Source: an uncultured Candidatus Rokubacteria bacterium
GTDB lineage: Bacteria > Methylomirabilota > Methylomirabilia > Rokubacteriales > CSP1-6
NCBI GenBank assembly: GCA_963789955.1
Contig: CAWBMV010000012.1
Location: forward strand, 256,001 to 320,000
Length of the DNA stretch: 64,000 nt
Direction: 5' to 3'
Shown: one piece after another, positions 1 to 11,172 of the stretch
How the letters are laid out: every line of letters starts with the position of its first letter
How positions within the stretch are numbered: position 1 is the first letter of the stretch
Position numbers and translations under genes: made by a program
The notes under the pieces: generated by a model
The model's database searches: none
Seen by the model: the letters and a program-made list of their open reading frames with translations, nothing else
What the model was told of the DNA's origin: nothing

Positions 1-2307
1 ACCAGCGCGGTGACCAAGGTCACGAGCAAGATCGCGTAGACCGTGCCCTGCTGGTAGGCGCGCTCCATCAGGCCGAGGGCCTCGTAGGTGATGATCGGGG
101 TGCCGGTCACGTCGGGATCCACCGAGCGGAGGTCGGCGACGAAGCGCGCCGCGCCTGCGCGATCCCAGATGTCGACGCCGGGATGGATCTGCAGGAGAAA
201 CCGGCCGCCTGTCGCTGATGAACTTCGCGCGAAGCTCCTTGGGCACGTCGGCGAGCCCGATCGGCTTGGGCGACAGGTTGTCCTGAAGGCGCTGGAAGCT
301 CCGGACGAAGTCCCGGTAGATCTGATTCTGCAGATGGGTCAACGCGGGCCCGCTCACCTGGGGATCGCTCTGGCGGATCTTCAGGATGAGCCGGCCGAGG
401 TCTTCGGCGACGAGCTTGAGCTTCGGCCGGACGTCGCCTTCGGGCGCTTCGTTGCCCGCGATGTCGAAGCGGCGCTTGAGCGTTTCGAGCGCGCCGGCGA
501 GCTTCGCCGGGTCGACCGAGGTCGCGCGGCCGATCCGGACCGGCGCGACCAGCGGCGCAAAGTCGCCGATGATCTTGAGCTTCTCGGGCTGGTCCTCGGG
601 AATGAGGAGCAGCACCGAGTCGACTTCGGAGACGCTCGGCAGGGCATGGAACGCCTTGTACTTCTGGCGAAGCTCGTCGAGCGTGTCCGCGCTCGCAAGC
701 GCGGTGAAGCCGGAGCGTCCGGCCGTCGCGAGAATGCGCTTCTCCCAGACGACGGACTCGGTGCCCACCGCCTGGAGATTGAGCAGGTTGTAGTCGAACT
801 CGATATAGCGCAGGCCCCACGCCGAGACCGCCGTCAGGGCGGCCGCCATGACCAGCACGGTCTTCGGGTACGAGACCAGGCGCTCGACGAAGGGCACGTG
901 CATGCGCTCGAGCGCGATCGCGCGCGGGATCGTCCCGGCCGGACGCCCGGCGTGCCGGCGGTCGAGAAGGACCAGCACCGCCGGGAACACGGTCATCGTC
1001 GCGAGCCACGCCAGGACGATCGCGGTGCCCGCGATGAAGCCGAGCTCGCGCACGCCGCGGAAATCGGTCAGCCACAGGACGTAGAAGGTACCGCCCGCGG
1101 TGACCGCGCCGAGCAGCATCCCCGGGCCGCTCCGGGTGGCGGTGATCTCGATCGCTTCCTTGAGGTTGCGTCCGAGGAAGAGCTCCTCTTCGTAGCGGAA
1201 TAGAAAGTAGATTCCGTAGTCGATCCCGATGCCGATCACGATCGAGATGAACATCACCGAGAAGAGCGAGAGGTGCCCGATCACGAGCGTGGCGATGCCG
1301 ATCGACCAGCAGAGGCTCAGGGCGAGCACCAGCAGCATCAGCACCGGCTTGCCGAAGCGGACGAACGCCGCGAGCAAGAGGCCCAGGGTCAGTGCGAAGG
1401 CCAGCAGGGTCGCGCGCTCGCTGTCGCGGAACGCGGCGACCATCTCGTCGTTCTGGAGGGCCGGCTTGCCGGTCACGCCGACCGCCACCTCGGGGAACTC
1501 GCGCTTGAGCGAGGCGATCACGCCGCGGATGCCCTCGATGGCGCGCTGGTCGCCCGTGAAGCTCCCGCGCTGGGTCTCGGGCTCGGCCAGGATGAAGAGC
1601 AGCTTCTGGTCTTCGGACAGGAAGTAGCCGGCGCCGGGATTGTCCGCGCCCGGGACCGCGAACAAGGTCCCGAAGGGCGACTGGTACGGCCCGGGACGCT
1701 CCAGCCGCGCCCCGATCAGCGCCACCAGGTCCTGGACGAACTTGAGGTCGGAGGCGCCCTTACCCTCGGCCAGGCCGAGGTCGATGAAGTTCGCCATGAA
1801 CGCGTTCGCGATCTGCGTGGCCATCCCCTCGGCCAGCTGGTCGAGCGTCGGGTGGGCCGCGAACGCTTCCATGAACTCCTGGTAGTCGAAGACCGCGTCG
1901 CGGATGTTGGCGAGCCGGTCCTTCGACAGGTAGAGCAGGCCGCGGCCCTCGAACTGCTTGGGATCGATCCGGTACGCGATCCGCTTCAGCGGGACGTTTT
2001 CCGCCCGCAGCTGACGGACCAGGCGGTTCGCGTAGAGGGTCGCCTCCGGCAGCGAGGGCGCGTCGACGACGATGGCGATGCTGTCGAGATCGCCGAACTC
2101 GCGCTCGTACTGCGTGTAGCGCTCGACGTAGGGCCGGCCCGGCGGCAGCAGGGCGCGCGTCGAGGTGGCGAACGTCAGCGAGGTGAGCGCGTAGACGACC
2201 GAGAGAGCCGCCAGGGCGACGGCAATGAGCACGGTCGTCACAGGCCGCGCGCAGGCGATCCGGACCAGCGCGCGGAGAGGACGACCGATCAGCCGAGCGA
2301 TCGGCAC
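1..2307 (-). CDS. hpnN: MMPL/RND family hopanoid transporter (HpnN-like), runs off the left edge; frameshift near 210
   Basis: Absent from the ORF track because it has no stop in the window. Manual translation from GTG 2307 gives VPIARLIGRPLRALVRIACARPVTTVLIAVALAALSVVYALTSLTFATSTRALLP...REFGDLDSIAIVVDA, an internal IGIGIDYGI MMPL motif, and ...FVADLRSVDPDVTGTPIITYE; it lies in a hopanoid cluster. Confidence 0.85.
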   Translation of the reverse strand, partial: MPIARLIGRPLRALVRIACARPVTTVLIAVALAALSVVYALTSLTFATSTRALLPPGRPYVERYTQYEREFGDLDSIAIVVDAPSLPEATLYANRLVRQLRAENVPLKRIAYRIDPKQFEGRGLLYLSKDRLANIRDAVFDYQEFMEAFAAHPTLDQLAEGMATQIANAFMANFIDLGLAEGKGASDLKFVQDLVALIGARLERPGPYQSPFGTLFAVPGADNPGAGYFLSEDQKLLFILAEPETQRGSFTGDQRAIEGIRGVIASLKREFPEVAVGVTGKPALQNDEMVAAFRDSERATLLAFALTLGLLLAAFVRFGKPVLMLLVLALSLCWSIGIATLVIGHLSLFSVMFISIVIGIGIDYGIYFLFRYEEELFLGRNLKEAIEITATRSGPGMLLGAVTAGGTFYVLWLTDFRGVRELGFIAGTAIVLAWLATMTVFPAVLVLLDRRHAGRPAGTIPRAIALERMHVPFVERLVSYPKTVLVMAAALTAVSAWGLRYIEFDYNLLNLQAVGTESVVWEKRILATAGRSGFTALASADTLDELRQKYKAFHALPSVSEVDSVLLLIPEDQPEKLKIIGDFAPLVAPVRIGRATSVDPAKLAGALETLKRRFDIAGNEAPEGDVRPKLKLVAEDLGRLILKIRQSDPQVSGPALTHLQNQIYRDFVRSFQRLQDNLSPKPIGLADVPKELRAKFISDRRPVSPADPSRRRHLGSRRRGALRRRPPLGGSRRDRHPDHHLRGPRPDGARLPAGHGLRDLARDLGHRAG

Positions 2308-3381
2308 CTACTCGTCGCCGGCGATGAACCGCTCCAGCCGCTGCCGAGCGGTGTCGTCGGCCCACTGCTCGGGCGGTGACTTCATCAGGTACGCCGACGG
2401 CGCGAACAGGGCGCCCTTGATACCGCGATCGAGAGCGAGCTTGCACGACCGAATGGCGTCGATGACGACACCGGCGGAGTTCGGCGAGTCCCAGACCTCC
2501 AGCTTCAGCTCGACGTTGATCGGCTGATCGCCGAAGCCACTGCCTTCGAGGCGGATGTGGGCCCACTTCCGGTCCGCGAGCCACGGCACGTAGTCGCTCG
2601 GACCGATGTGGACGGCGTCGGCCGGCAGCTCGTGTCCGAGCTGCGAACGGACCGAGTCGGTCTTCGAGATCTTCTTCGAGGTGAGCCGATCGCGCTCGAG
2701 CATGTTGTAGAAGTCGGTGTTGCCGCCGAAATTCAGCTGGCTGGTCCGGTCGAGCCGGACGCCCCGGTCGTTGTAGAGCTTCGTGAGCACGCGGTGGATG
2801 ATCGTCGCGCCCACCTGCGACTTCACGTCGTCACCGACGACCGGCAGGCCTCGCTCCTCGAACCGCCGGCGCCAGTACGCCTCGCGGGCGATGAACACGG
2901 GGATGCAGTTCACGAAGGCGCACCCGGCGTCGAGGATCTGCTCGACGTACCACTTGGTCGCCATCTCGCTCCCCACCGGCAGGAAGTTGACGACGACGTT
3001 GGTGTTGGTGTCGCGGAGGGTGCCGGCGATGTCGGCCGTCGGCCCTGGCGCCTTCTTGATCATCTGGGAGAGGTAGTGCCCGAGGCCGTCGTGCGTCATC
3101 CCGCGCTGGACCGGCACGCCGAGCGGCTTGACGTCCGCGAACTTCACGGTGTTGTTGGGCTCCTGGAAGATCGCTTCGCTGAGATCCCGCCCGACCTTGC
3201 GCTCGTCGATGTCGAAGGCCGCCGAAAACTCGATGTCGCCGACGTGATATCCCCCGAGCCGGGGGTGCATCAAGCCGGGAATGAATTTATCGTCGGGGGC
3301 GTTCCGGTAGTACTGCACACCCTGGACGAGGGCCGACGCGCAATTCCCAACACCGATGATGGCTACTCTGACGGCTCCCAC
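2308..3381 (-). CDS. ino1: myo-inositol-1-phosphate synthase
   Basis: [39 protein letters not shown] and WDSPNSAGV motifs of the bacterial/archaeal MIPS family. Confidence 0.93.
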   Translation of the reverse strand: MGAVRVAIIGVGNCASALVQGVQYYRNAPDDKFIPGLMHPRLGGYHVGDIEFSAAFDIDERKVGRDLSEAIFQEPNNTVKFADVKPLGVPVQRGMTHDGLGHYLSQMIKKAPGPTADIAGTLRDTNTNVVVNFLPVGSEMATKWYVEQILDAGCAFVNCIPVFIAREAYWRRRFEERGLPVVGDDVKSQVGATIIHRVLTKLYNDRGVRLDRTSQLNFGGNTDFYNMLERDRLTSKKISKTDSVRSQLGHELPADAVHIGPSDYVPWLADRKWAHIRLEGSGFGDQPINVELKLEVWDSPNSAGVVIDAIRSCKLALDRGIKGALFAPSAYLMKSPPEQWADDTARQRLERFIAGDE

Positions 3382-3477
3382 GGAGTCCTCCTCAGATAGT
3401 GGTCAGTCGAGCGGGGCGTTAACGGCTAGAAGTCTAGCACGGGCTTGAAAATTTTCCGGCTAACGATCGTCAGCGGC

Positions 3478-4120
3478 TCACCGCAGCGAGGTCCTCTTCT
3501 GCTTTTCTTCGCCGATGAACTCGTCCTGCTTGGTCTTCATCTTCTTCATGAGCTCCTGGAAGGAGGAGGTCGTGATGATCTTGTTGAACTGGGTCCGGTA
3601 GTTGGAGATGAGGCTCACGCCCTCGATGACGACGTCGTAGACGAGCCACTTGTCGCCCCGCTTGAGCATGCGGTAGTCGATCGGGATCTCGGTGCCCTGC
3701 TTGGTGACGAGCTTGGTGCGCACGACCGCGCCTTCGCCCTCGATGGTCTCGCCGAGGAAGTGGATCTGCTCACCGCCGTAGAGCTCGATCTTCGAGATGT
3801 AGGAGCGCTCGAGGAGATCGGTGAAGAGCCCGACGAACTCGTCCTTTTCGGCCTGAGTCCGCGGACGTCCAGTGCCGCGCCAGCGACCGCTTGGCAGTCT
3901 CGGAGAAGTCGAAGATGTCGTTGGCGACCTGGCGAACCGCCTCGCGGCGATCACGCTGCCGGCCATCCTTCTTGAGCTCCGGATCTTCCAGGATCTTGAC
4001 CGCGCGGTCGATCTGCGTGCGGAGCTGGTCGGTCGGCGCGCCGGCCCAGGCCCGCTGGGGGCCGGCCAGCACGACGGGAAGCAACACGGCAAGCACGAGC
4101 GCTCGGGCGAGCCAAGTCAT
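3478..4120 (-). CDS. MlaC/HpnM-family periplasmic lipid-binding protein (frameshift near 3860)
   Basis: Signal peptide in ORF 3770..4120 joins C-terminal W.VYDVVIEGVSLISNYRTQF (MlaC/Ttg2D signature) in ORF 3478..4092. Confidence 0.85.
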
Positions 4121-4137
4121 CGGAGCGCCTCCTGCGC

Positions 4138-4578
4138 CTACACCTTGCCGAAGATATACTTGGACAGCAACTCCTCGAAATCGACCGGCGCTTCGACCTC
4201 GCGGATCTTGCCGTTCGGCCCGATGATCTTGTCCGAGCCCCCCGGGCTGATCCGGATGTACTTCTCGCCGATCAGCCCCTTCGTCTTGATCGACGCGATC
4301 GAGTCCTCCTGGAGCTTGATACCCGCCTGCACCCGCAGGGTGACCCGGGCCTGGTAGTCGGCCAGCCCGATCGACTGGACCCTCCCGATCTCGACGCCCG
4401 CGATCTCCACGGTCGAGCCCGTCTTGAGCCCGCCGACCGAGGGGAAATCGACGGTCACGGTATAGCCGCGGCCGGTCAGGAACGAGATCTGGCCGAGGCT
4501 GATCGAGAGATACCCGAGCGCCAGGATCCCCAGAATGACGAAGATTCCCACCGCGATGTTCACCCGCGTCCGCTCCAT
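4138..4578 (-). CDS. mlaD: MlaD/MCE-domain protein
   Basis: MERTRVNIAVGIFV TM segment, then GGLKTGSTVEIAGVEIGRV and TKGLIGEKYI MCE motifs. Confidence 0.9.
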   Translation of the reverse strand: MERTRVNIAVGIFVILGILALGYLSISLGQISFLTGRGYTVTVDFPSVGGLKTGSTVEIAGVEIGRVQSIGLADYQARVTLRVQAGIKLQEDSIASIKTKGLIGEKYIRISPGGSDKIIGPNGKIREVEAPVDFEELLSKYIFGKV

Positions 4579-4603
4579 CAGCGTTCCTCCGAGGCGCGTC
4601 TGT

Positions 4604-5342
4604 CTATAGAGTGTTGTCCGGCTCGCCCTTGATGAATCGCCGGACGATTGGATTCGTCGAGCTCTGGATCGCCGCCGGCGAGCCCGACCTCGACGATCCG
4701 GCCCTCGTGCAGCATGGCGACCGTGTCGGCGATCTCGAAGATCTCGGGAATCTCGTGGCTGACCACCACCGCCGTGAACCGAGCCCGCCGGTGGAGGTTC
4801 AGGATCAGGTGGTGGATCGTGTTGACCAGGACCGGGTCGAGCCCGGTCGTCGGCTCGTCGAAGAACACGATCTCGGGCTCGGTCACCAGCGCCCGCGCGA
4901 TGGCCACGCGCTTGCGCATGCCGCCGGAGATCTCGGCCGGATACTTGGCGCCCACGCCCTCGAGCCCGACCTGGCCGAGCGCCGCCTCGACGCGCTTGGT
5001 CAGCTCCTCTGGCGGCGTCCGCAACTTCTCCCGGAGAGGGAAGGCCACGTTGTCGTAGCACGTCATCGAATCGAACAGCGCGCCGCCCTGGAAGACGACG
5101 CCGTAGGTGCGGCGGATCTCGTCGAGCGCCCGCCCGCGCATCCGGCTGATGTCGACGCCGTCGACCAGGATCCGCCCGGCGTCGGGACGGATGAGCCCGA
5201 TGAGGTGCTTGAGAAAGACCGACTTGCCGCCGCCGCTCCGCCCGATGACGATCGTGATGGTGCCGGTCGCGACCTCGAGGGTGAGCTCGCGCAGCACCGC
5301 CTGGCGCCCGAAGGACTTCGTCAGCCCCTCGACCTTAATCAT
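4604..5342 (-). CDS. mlaF: MlaF-type ABC ATPase (probable frameshift near 4680)
   Basis: GRSGGGKS Walker A, ISGGMRKRV signature, FDEPTTGLDP; the corrected frame ends ...PIVRRFIKGEPDNTL*. Confidence 0.9.
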
Positions 5343-5348
5343 CGGCCG

Positions 5349-6144
5349 TCATTGAAGGATCGAACCCATGAAGTAGTCCCACACGAGGATGAGCACCGAG
5401 GACATGACCACCGCCTGGGTCGTGGCCCGGGCGACGCCCTCGGCGCCGTGGCCGACGTTGAACCCCTTGTAGGTGCACACCCACGTCACGATGACCCCGA
5501 ACGAGAGCGACTTCCAGAAGCCCACCATGATGTCGCCGAGGTCGACGAACGTCTGCATCTCGCCGAAGTACGTGCCCTCCGAGAGGCCGAAGAGCTTCAC
5601 ACCGACCAGGTATCCGCCGAAGATCCCGACCACGTCGAAGAGCGCCGTCATCAAGGGGAAGGTGATCAGCCCCGCCAGGATCGAGGGTGCGACCAGATAC
5701 CGCATCGGGCTCAGCGCCATGACGGTGAAGGCGTCGATCTGCTCGGTGATCCGCATGATGCCGAGCTCGGCCGTGAGCGCCGAGCCCGCGCGGCCGGTGA
5801 CCATCAAGGCCGCCAGCACGGGCCCGAGCTCGCGGATGAGCGAGAGCGCGACGGCGGGCCCGAGGAATGCCTCCGAGCCGAATCGGACCAGGGTCAGGTA
5901 GATCTGCAGCCCGAGCACCATCCCGGTGAACGCGCCCGTCAGGAAGATGATCAGGAGCGAGCGGTAGCCGATGAAGTTGACGCGGTCGAGGAACGCCCGG
6001 AGCTTGAACGGCGGCGTGACGAGGACGCCGAGCGCTTCCGCCAAAGAACGTTCCGAATCGCCCGAGGGATTCGACGATCCCGATCGTCCAGCCGCCGACG
6101 GCCTCGAAGGGGCGCAGCGCCGGCGCGAGCGGCGGCTCAGGCAT
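5349..6144 (-). CDS. mlaE: MlaE-type ABC permease (frameshift near 6045)
   Basis: RELGPVLAALMVTGRAGS, ELGIMRITEQIDA, GAEGVARATTQAVV; N-terminus in ORF 5335..6144, body in the tail of ORF 5349..7895. Confidence 0.9.
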
Positions 6145-8040
6145 GCGCGCGGCGATAGATTCCCAGCGCCCAGAGCGGGAAATACTGGGCGTACAGGTGG
6201 TACTTCAGGTAGAAGACCCGCGGGAAGCCCGTCCCGTTCCAGAGCGCGTCTTGCCACGAGCCGTCGTCGCGCTGCGTTCTCAAGCAGGTAGTTCACGCCG
6301 CGCTCGACGGCCGGGCCGCTCGTACGGCCGGCCGCGAAGAGGCCCAGGAGGGCCCACGCGGTCTGACTCGGAATCGACTCGCCCACGCCGGCGAACTCGT
6401 AGTCGTCGTAGCTCTCGCAGGTCTCGCCCCAGCCCCCGTCGCGATTCTGATGGCGCTCGAGCCAGCGGACCGCGCGCTGGATGTATTCGTGGCGCGGATC
6501 CACGCCGATGGCGGCGAGCCCGCGCAGCACCGACCACGTGCCGTAGATGTAGTTCACGCCCCACCGGCCGTACCACGGGCCGTCGTGTCGCTGAGCGTGG
6601 CGCAGGAAATCGATCGCGCGCTGGGCCGGCTCGAAGTCCTTCCGGTAGCCGAGGGTGCCGAGGAGCTCCAGCCCGCGCCCGGTCAGGTCCTCGGTGGACG
6701 GATCGAGCAGGGCACCGTGGTCCGCGAACGGGATGTGGTTCAGGTAGAGCCGATTGTTGTCGGCGTCGAACGAGCCCCAGCCGCCGTCGGCGCCCTGCAT
6801 TCCGAGGAACCAGCCGAGCCCGCGCTCTTTGGCGGTCCGCGCCTGGTCGGCGTCGAGCCCTTGCACCTTTTCGAGGGCCATCACGACCATCGCGGTGTCG
6901 TCGAGGTCCGGGTAGAAGTCGTTGTCGTACTGGAACGCCCAGCCGCCGGGCTGCACGTGCGGGCGCTTCACCTGCCAGTCGCCGGGCACGAAGATCTGCC
7001 GCGCGATCATCCAGTCGGAGGCGCGGCGTAGGGTCGGGTGATCGGGGGGAAGATCGCTCTCGACCAGCGCGTTGACGGCGAGCGCGGTGTCCCACACCGG
7101 CGAGGGGCAGGGCTGGTAGTGGAGCATGTCGCCGTTCTCGACGGCGAGCGCCTCGATCTCCTTGAGCTGCCCCAGCACGAGCGGGTGATCGTCGGGATAG
7201 CCGAGCAGCCGCATCGCCAGGATCGAGTTCGCCATCGCCGGATAGATGCCGCCGAGCCCGCCCGGCACGGCCAGACGCTCCTCGAGCCAGAGGCGCGCCG
7301 TCTCGATCGCGCGGCGGCGCAGGGGGCGCGGCGAGAAGCGCTCCCAGATCTTGAGGCCGTCGTCGACGGCGATGAAGAAGCTCTTCCAGAAGAGACCGCG
7401 CCAGCTGAAGGGCTCGGGGACGCGCGAGAACCGCAGGCTCGTCTCTTCACGCGGCACCGGCCACAGCTCGTCGAGCGAGAGATGGGGCGGCAGCCACTTC
7501 ACCGGCTTTCGATCCAGCAGCACCAGCAGCGGCACCAGGACCGTCCGCGACCAGTACGAGATCTCGTAGATGTTGAACAGGAAGAAGGGCCGCGGCAGCA
7601 GCATGATCTCGACCGGCATCGTCGGCACGCCGTTCCAGTCGTACTCGCCGAAGAGCGCCAACAAGATCTTCGTGAACACGTCGGCTTTCGCCGGACCACC
7701 CATCTCGCGGATCAGCGAGCGCGCCGCGACCATCGTGGGGTCGCTCAGCGCCACGCCGGCCATCTTCATCGCGAAGTAGGCCTTGATCGTCGAGGACAGG
7801 TTGGCCGGGCCGGCCTCGAAGAGGTTATAGCCGCCGTCAGGAAGCTGCTGGCTCTTCAGATAGAGGACCGCGCGCGTCTGATGGTCGCGGTTCACCTGGT
7901 CGATGAGGTGACACGAGGAGCAGCTGCTCGGATGTGATCGTCGTGTTGGCTTCGAGCTGACCGACCCAGTGACCGTCGGGAGCCTGTTGGCCGAGCAGGT
8001 GCGCCTGGGCGCGCTCGATCGCGTCCTGCAGGTCCCTCAC
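6137..8040 (-). CDS. shc: squalene-hopene cyclase (frameshifts near 7905 and 6275)
   Basis: QAPDGHW start, YPDLDDTA (DxDD) catalytic motif, QW repeats (QGADGGW, QNRDGGWGE), GRWGVNYIYGT, C-terminal GTGFPRVFYLKYHLY. Confidence 0.95.
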
Positions 8041-8084
8041 GGGCGTGATGGTAACATGCTGACTCGATTACGGAAACCTCTCGA

Positions 8085-8826
8085 ATGGACCTCCTGGTCG
8101 GTACCGTCACGCTTCGCCCGTACGTTTTTGCGTTCCTGATCGGGTTCGTAGTGGCCGGCGTAGTCGATCTCGGCTGGCGCCGCACGCTCGGGTTCACGGC
8201 ATCCGTCTGGCCGGTGGCCATGCTGGCCGAGCTCTCGTCCACGCGCACCGGGTTTCCCGTTCGGGTTCTACCAGTACACGGGCCTGACGCGCGGTCAGGA
8301 GCTCTTCATCGCCAATGTTCCCTTCATCGACTCGCTGTCGTTCGTCTTTCTCGCCTACGCCTCGTTCTGTCTGGCCCGGATCGCGCTCGCCGGGCGCGAC
8401 GCGCCGCGCTGGGCGATGGCCCTGACCGCTGGCGCGCTCATGATGGCGCTCGACATCGTCATCGATCCGCTCGCCGTGCGAGGGGATCGCTGGTTCCTCG
8501 GGCCGCTCTTCGCCTACGCCACGCCCGGTCCTTACTTCGGGGTGCCGATCTCGAACTTCGTGGGGTGGGTCATCGTGGGCGCGACGGGGGTTGGGCTGTT
8601 CCTGGCCCTGACCAAGAATGTTTCGGGACGACGAGTATGGCCCGGAGTCGCGTTATACTACGCCGTGCTTGGATTCAACCTCACCATGACGGTTCAGATC
8701 GGTGAGTTGCTGCTGGCGGTGATCGGTGCGACGATTCACCTCGTAGTCGCCTTGTCCGTCTGGTCCATTCACCGGAAGCCGGGCCTTCAAGTAAGCCCGC
8801 AGAGCCAAGGGATTCAGCGCCTATGA
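8085..8826 (+). CDS. CruF/DUF422-like ('carotenoid biosynthesis') membrane protein (frameshift near 8260)
   Basis: ELSSTRTGFPFG.Y.Y, D..IDP.A...W and YFGVPISNFVGW motifs, assembled from ORFs 8085..8705 and 8416..8826. Confidence 0.75.
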
Positions 8827-9845
8827 GCTTGCCCGTTTCACAAATGTGGGCTGTGGCGTCCTATGTCCTTCGCCAGAAGCTCGCCGGCCGCAAACGCTAT
8901 CCGCTCGTGCTCATGCTCGAGCCCCTGTTCCGCTGCAACCTGGCGTGCGCCGGCTGCGGCAAGATCCAGTACCCGGCCCAGATCTTGAAGAAAAACCTGA
9001 CGGTCGAGCAGTGCCTCGCCGCGGTCGACGAGTGCGGCACGCCGGTCGTGTCGATCCCCGGCGGCGAGCCGCTCATGTACCCGGACATCGGGCCCCTGGT
9101 CAAGGCGCTGATCGCGCGCCGCAAGTACGTCTACCTCTGCACCAACGCCATCCTCCTGAAGGAGAAGCTCGAGGCGGGGATCTTCACGCCGTCGAAGTAC
9201 TTTTCCTTCAGCGTGCACCTCGACGGCCAGCGCGAGGAGCACGACGAGGCGGTGTGTCGCGACGGCGTCTACGTCCAGGCGGTGGAGGGGATCAAGGAAG
9301 CTCTGCGTCGCGGGTTCCGCGTCACCACCAACTCGACGCTCTTCGACGGGGCGAGCCCGCTGCGGATGCGCGAGTTCTTCGACGAGATGATGGACCTCGG
9401 CGTCGAGGGCATGATGATCTCGCCGGGCTATAGCTATTCGAAGGCGCCCGACCAGGAGCACTTCCTGCGTACCCAGCGCGCCCACGATCTCTTCTCGCGG
9501 ATGCTCTCGAACCCGAAGCGCCGGTGGCGGTTCAACCAGTCGCCGCTGTTCCTTCAGTTCCTGATGGGCAAGCAGGAATTCGAGTGCACGCCGTGGGGGA
9601 ACCCGACCTACAACGTCTTCGGCTGGCAGCGTCCCTGCTATCTCCTTCAGGAAGGCTACGCGGCCACGTTCAAGGAGCTGATCGAGACCACCCGCTGGGA
9701 GAACTACGGAAAGCGGAGCGGCAACGAAAAGTGCCGTGACTGCATGGTGCACTGCGGCTACGAGCCGACCGCCGTGAACCACACGTTCGGCTCGTTGCGC
9801 GGCTTCCGCGACACGGTCGCGGCCACCGTTACCGGCCGGTATTGA
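8823..9845 (+). CDS. hpnH: adenosyl-hopene transferase, radical SAM
   Basis: RYPLVLMLEPLFRCNLACAGCGKI, CTPWGNPT, C.DCMVHCGYE. Confidence 0.95.
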   Translation: MSLPVSQMWAVASYVLRQKLAGRKRYPLVLMLEPLFRCNLACAGCGKIQYPAQILKKNLTVEQCLAAVDECGTPVVSIPGGEPLMYPDIGPLVKALIARRKYVYLCTNAILLKEKLEAGIFTPSKYFSFSVHLDGQREEHDEAVCRDGVYVQAVEGIKEALRRGFRVTTNSTLFDGASPLRMREFFDEMMDLGVEGMMISPGYSYSKAPDQEHFLRTQRAHDLFSRMLSNPKRRWRFNQSPLFLQFLMGKQEFECTPWGNPTYNVFGWQRPCYLLQEGYAATFKELIETTRWENYGKRSGNEKCRDCMVHCGYEPTAVNHTFGSLRGFRDTVAATVTGRY

Positions 9846-9860
9846 GCACGGAGACGACCA

Positions 9861-10226
9861 ATGACGGACGTCACGCTCGAAGGCTGGATCCCCGAGATCG
9901 GGCCGGGTCTGTCGCTGCAAGAAGTGGTCGACAAGGCGTTCGACTATCGCGGCAACGTCACCGTGGTCCGGACCGACGGCTCCGAGACCGAAGGCTATCT
10001 GTTCAACCGCAACGCCGACGCGCCCGTGCCGTTCGTGCAGATGTTCGAGCTCAGCGGCGAGGGGCCGCGCACGATCGCGTATCGCGACATTCGCACGATC
10101 CGGTTCAGCGGCCGGGACACGGCGGCGGGCAACTCCTACGCGGCGTGGCTGCGCGCGAAGGAAGCGGCCAAATCCGGGGAACGTCCCGAGAAGGGCTCCG
10201 GCTCAGCGCCCGCCAGAGGCGTGTGA
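9861..10226 (+). CDS. small hypothetical protein within the hopanoid operon
   Basis: GGAG RBS, typical codon usage, KAFDYRGNVTV...GY.F motif, stop overlaps the next start (GTGA). Confidence 0.7.
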   Translation: MTDVTLEGWIPEIGPGLSLQEVVDKAFDYRGNVTVVRTDGSETEGYLFNRNADAPVPFVQMFELSGEGPRTIAYRDIRTIRFSGRDTAAGNSYAAWLRAKEAAKSGERPEKGSGSAPARGV

Positions 10227-10901
10227 CCCGCGTTCTCGTAGTCACCGCCGTCGATCTCGAGGCGCGCGGTCTCGCTCGCCACCTGGGTCTCGCTCGTGTC
10301 TGCCGGCCGCGACTGGCCACACTACCGCGGAGGGGCGCTCGATCTGGTCTGCGCCGGTCCCCGCGCTACGTACCTCGAGGCGCGCTGCGCCGAAGTCGAG
10401 TCGGCTTCACTCGTGATCTCGGCCGGCGTGTGCGGCGCGCTCTCGCCGGATCTTGCCGAGGGCGATCTGGTCGTGCCCGAATCGGTGGTCGCCGCCACCC
10501 GGCGTCTGGCCACCGTCGCGCTACCCGAGTTGCGGCGCGCCGGGACGCTCGTGACCGTCGAGGAGATCGTGGCGACGCCCGAGCAGAAGGCGCGGCTCTG
10601 GGTCGAGACGGGCGCCCTCGCCTGCGACATGGAATCGGCCCCGATCCTCGAGTGGGCCGCCAAGCGCGGGCTTCGTGCCGCGGTCGTCCGCGGCGTGTCG
10701 GACCGCGCGAGCCGCGGCGTCTCGCCCGATCTGGCCGCCGTCGTGGAGCCCGACGGCCGAGTCCGGACCGCGCGTGCGGTCCGCGTGGTGCTGTCGCGCC
10801 CGCGCGCGATCCCCGAGGCCATGATGCTCATGACCGGCACGAACGCCGCCCTGAAATCCGTCGCCGCCGCCCTGGGCCGCGTCGCCCGCGCACGCGCATG
10901 A
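10223..10901 (+). CDS. hpnG: HpnG-like nucleoside phosphorylase (frameshift near 10300)
   Basis: VISAGVCGAL.P.L..GDLV, DMESA and RGVSD motifs of the PNP/MTAN family; follows hpnH. Confidence 0.75.
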
Positions 10902-10920
10902 GATTCGGCCAATTCCGCAG

Positions 10921-11172
10921 AACCTCGAGCGCCAGATCGGGCGTGTCGGAGCCACGCCGCAGGACCTCCAGGGCCAGATCGGGCGTGTCGGAGCCACGCC
11001 GCACGACCTCCAGGGCCAGATCGGGCGTGTCGGAGCCACGCCGCACGACCTCCAGGGCCAGATCGGGCGTGTCGGAGCCACGCCGCACGACCTCCAGGGC
11101 CAGATCGGGCGTGTCGGAGCCACGCCGCAAGACCTCCAGGGCCAGATCGGGCGTGTCGGAGCCACGCCGCAC
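10921..11172. repeat. tandem repeat, 6 x 42 bp, each unit with a GGCGTG/CACGCC hairpin
   Basis: Unit GACCTCCAGGGCCAGATCGGGCGTGTCGGAGCCACGCCGCAC starts at 10921, 10963, 11005, 11047, 11089 and 11131; first unit degenerate; no unique spacers. Confidence 0.97.

Noticed and set aside
88..2379. Long plus-strand ORFs here, and many similar antisense ORFs across the window
   Set aside because: Shadow ORFs opposite real genes in high-GC DNA, Arg/Ala/Pro-rich with no motifs; the real gene here is the minus-strand MMPL transporter.
5349..7895. 848-aa SHC-MlaE fusion in the ORF track
   Set aside because: Produced by two frameshifts (near 6275 and 6045); the true SHC C-terminus and MlaE N-terminus are in other frames with their own stop and start.
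10921..11172. CRISPR array
   Set aside because: Units are contiguous and near-identical with no unique spacers, and there are no cas genes in the window.
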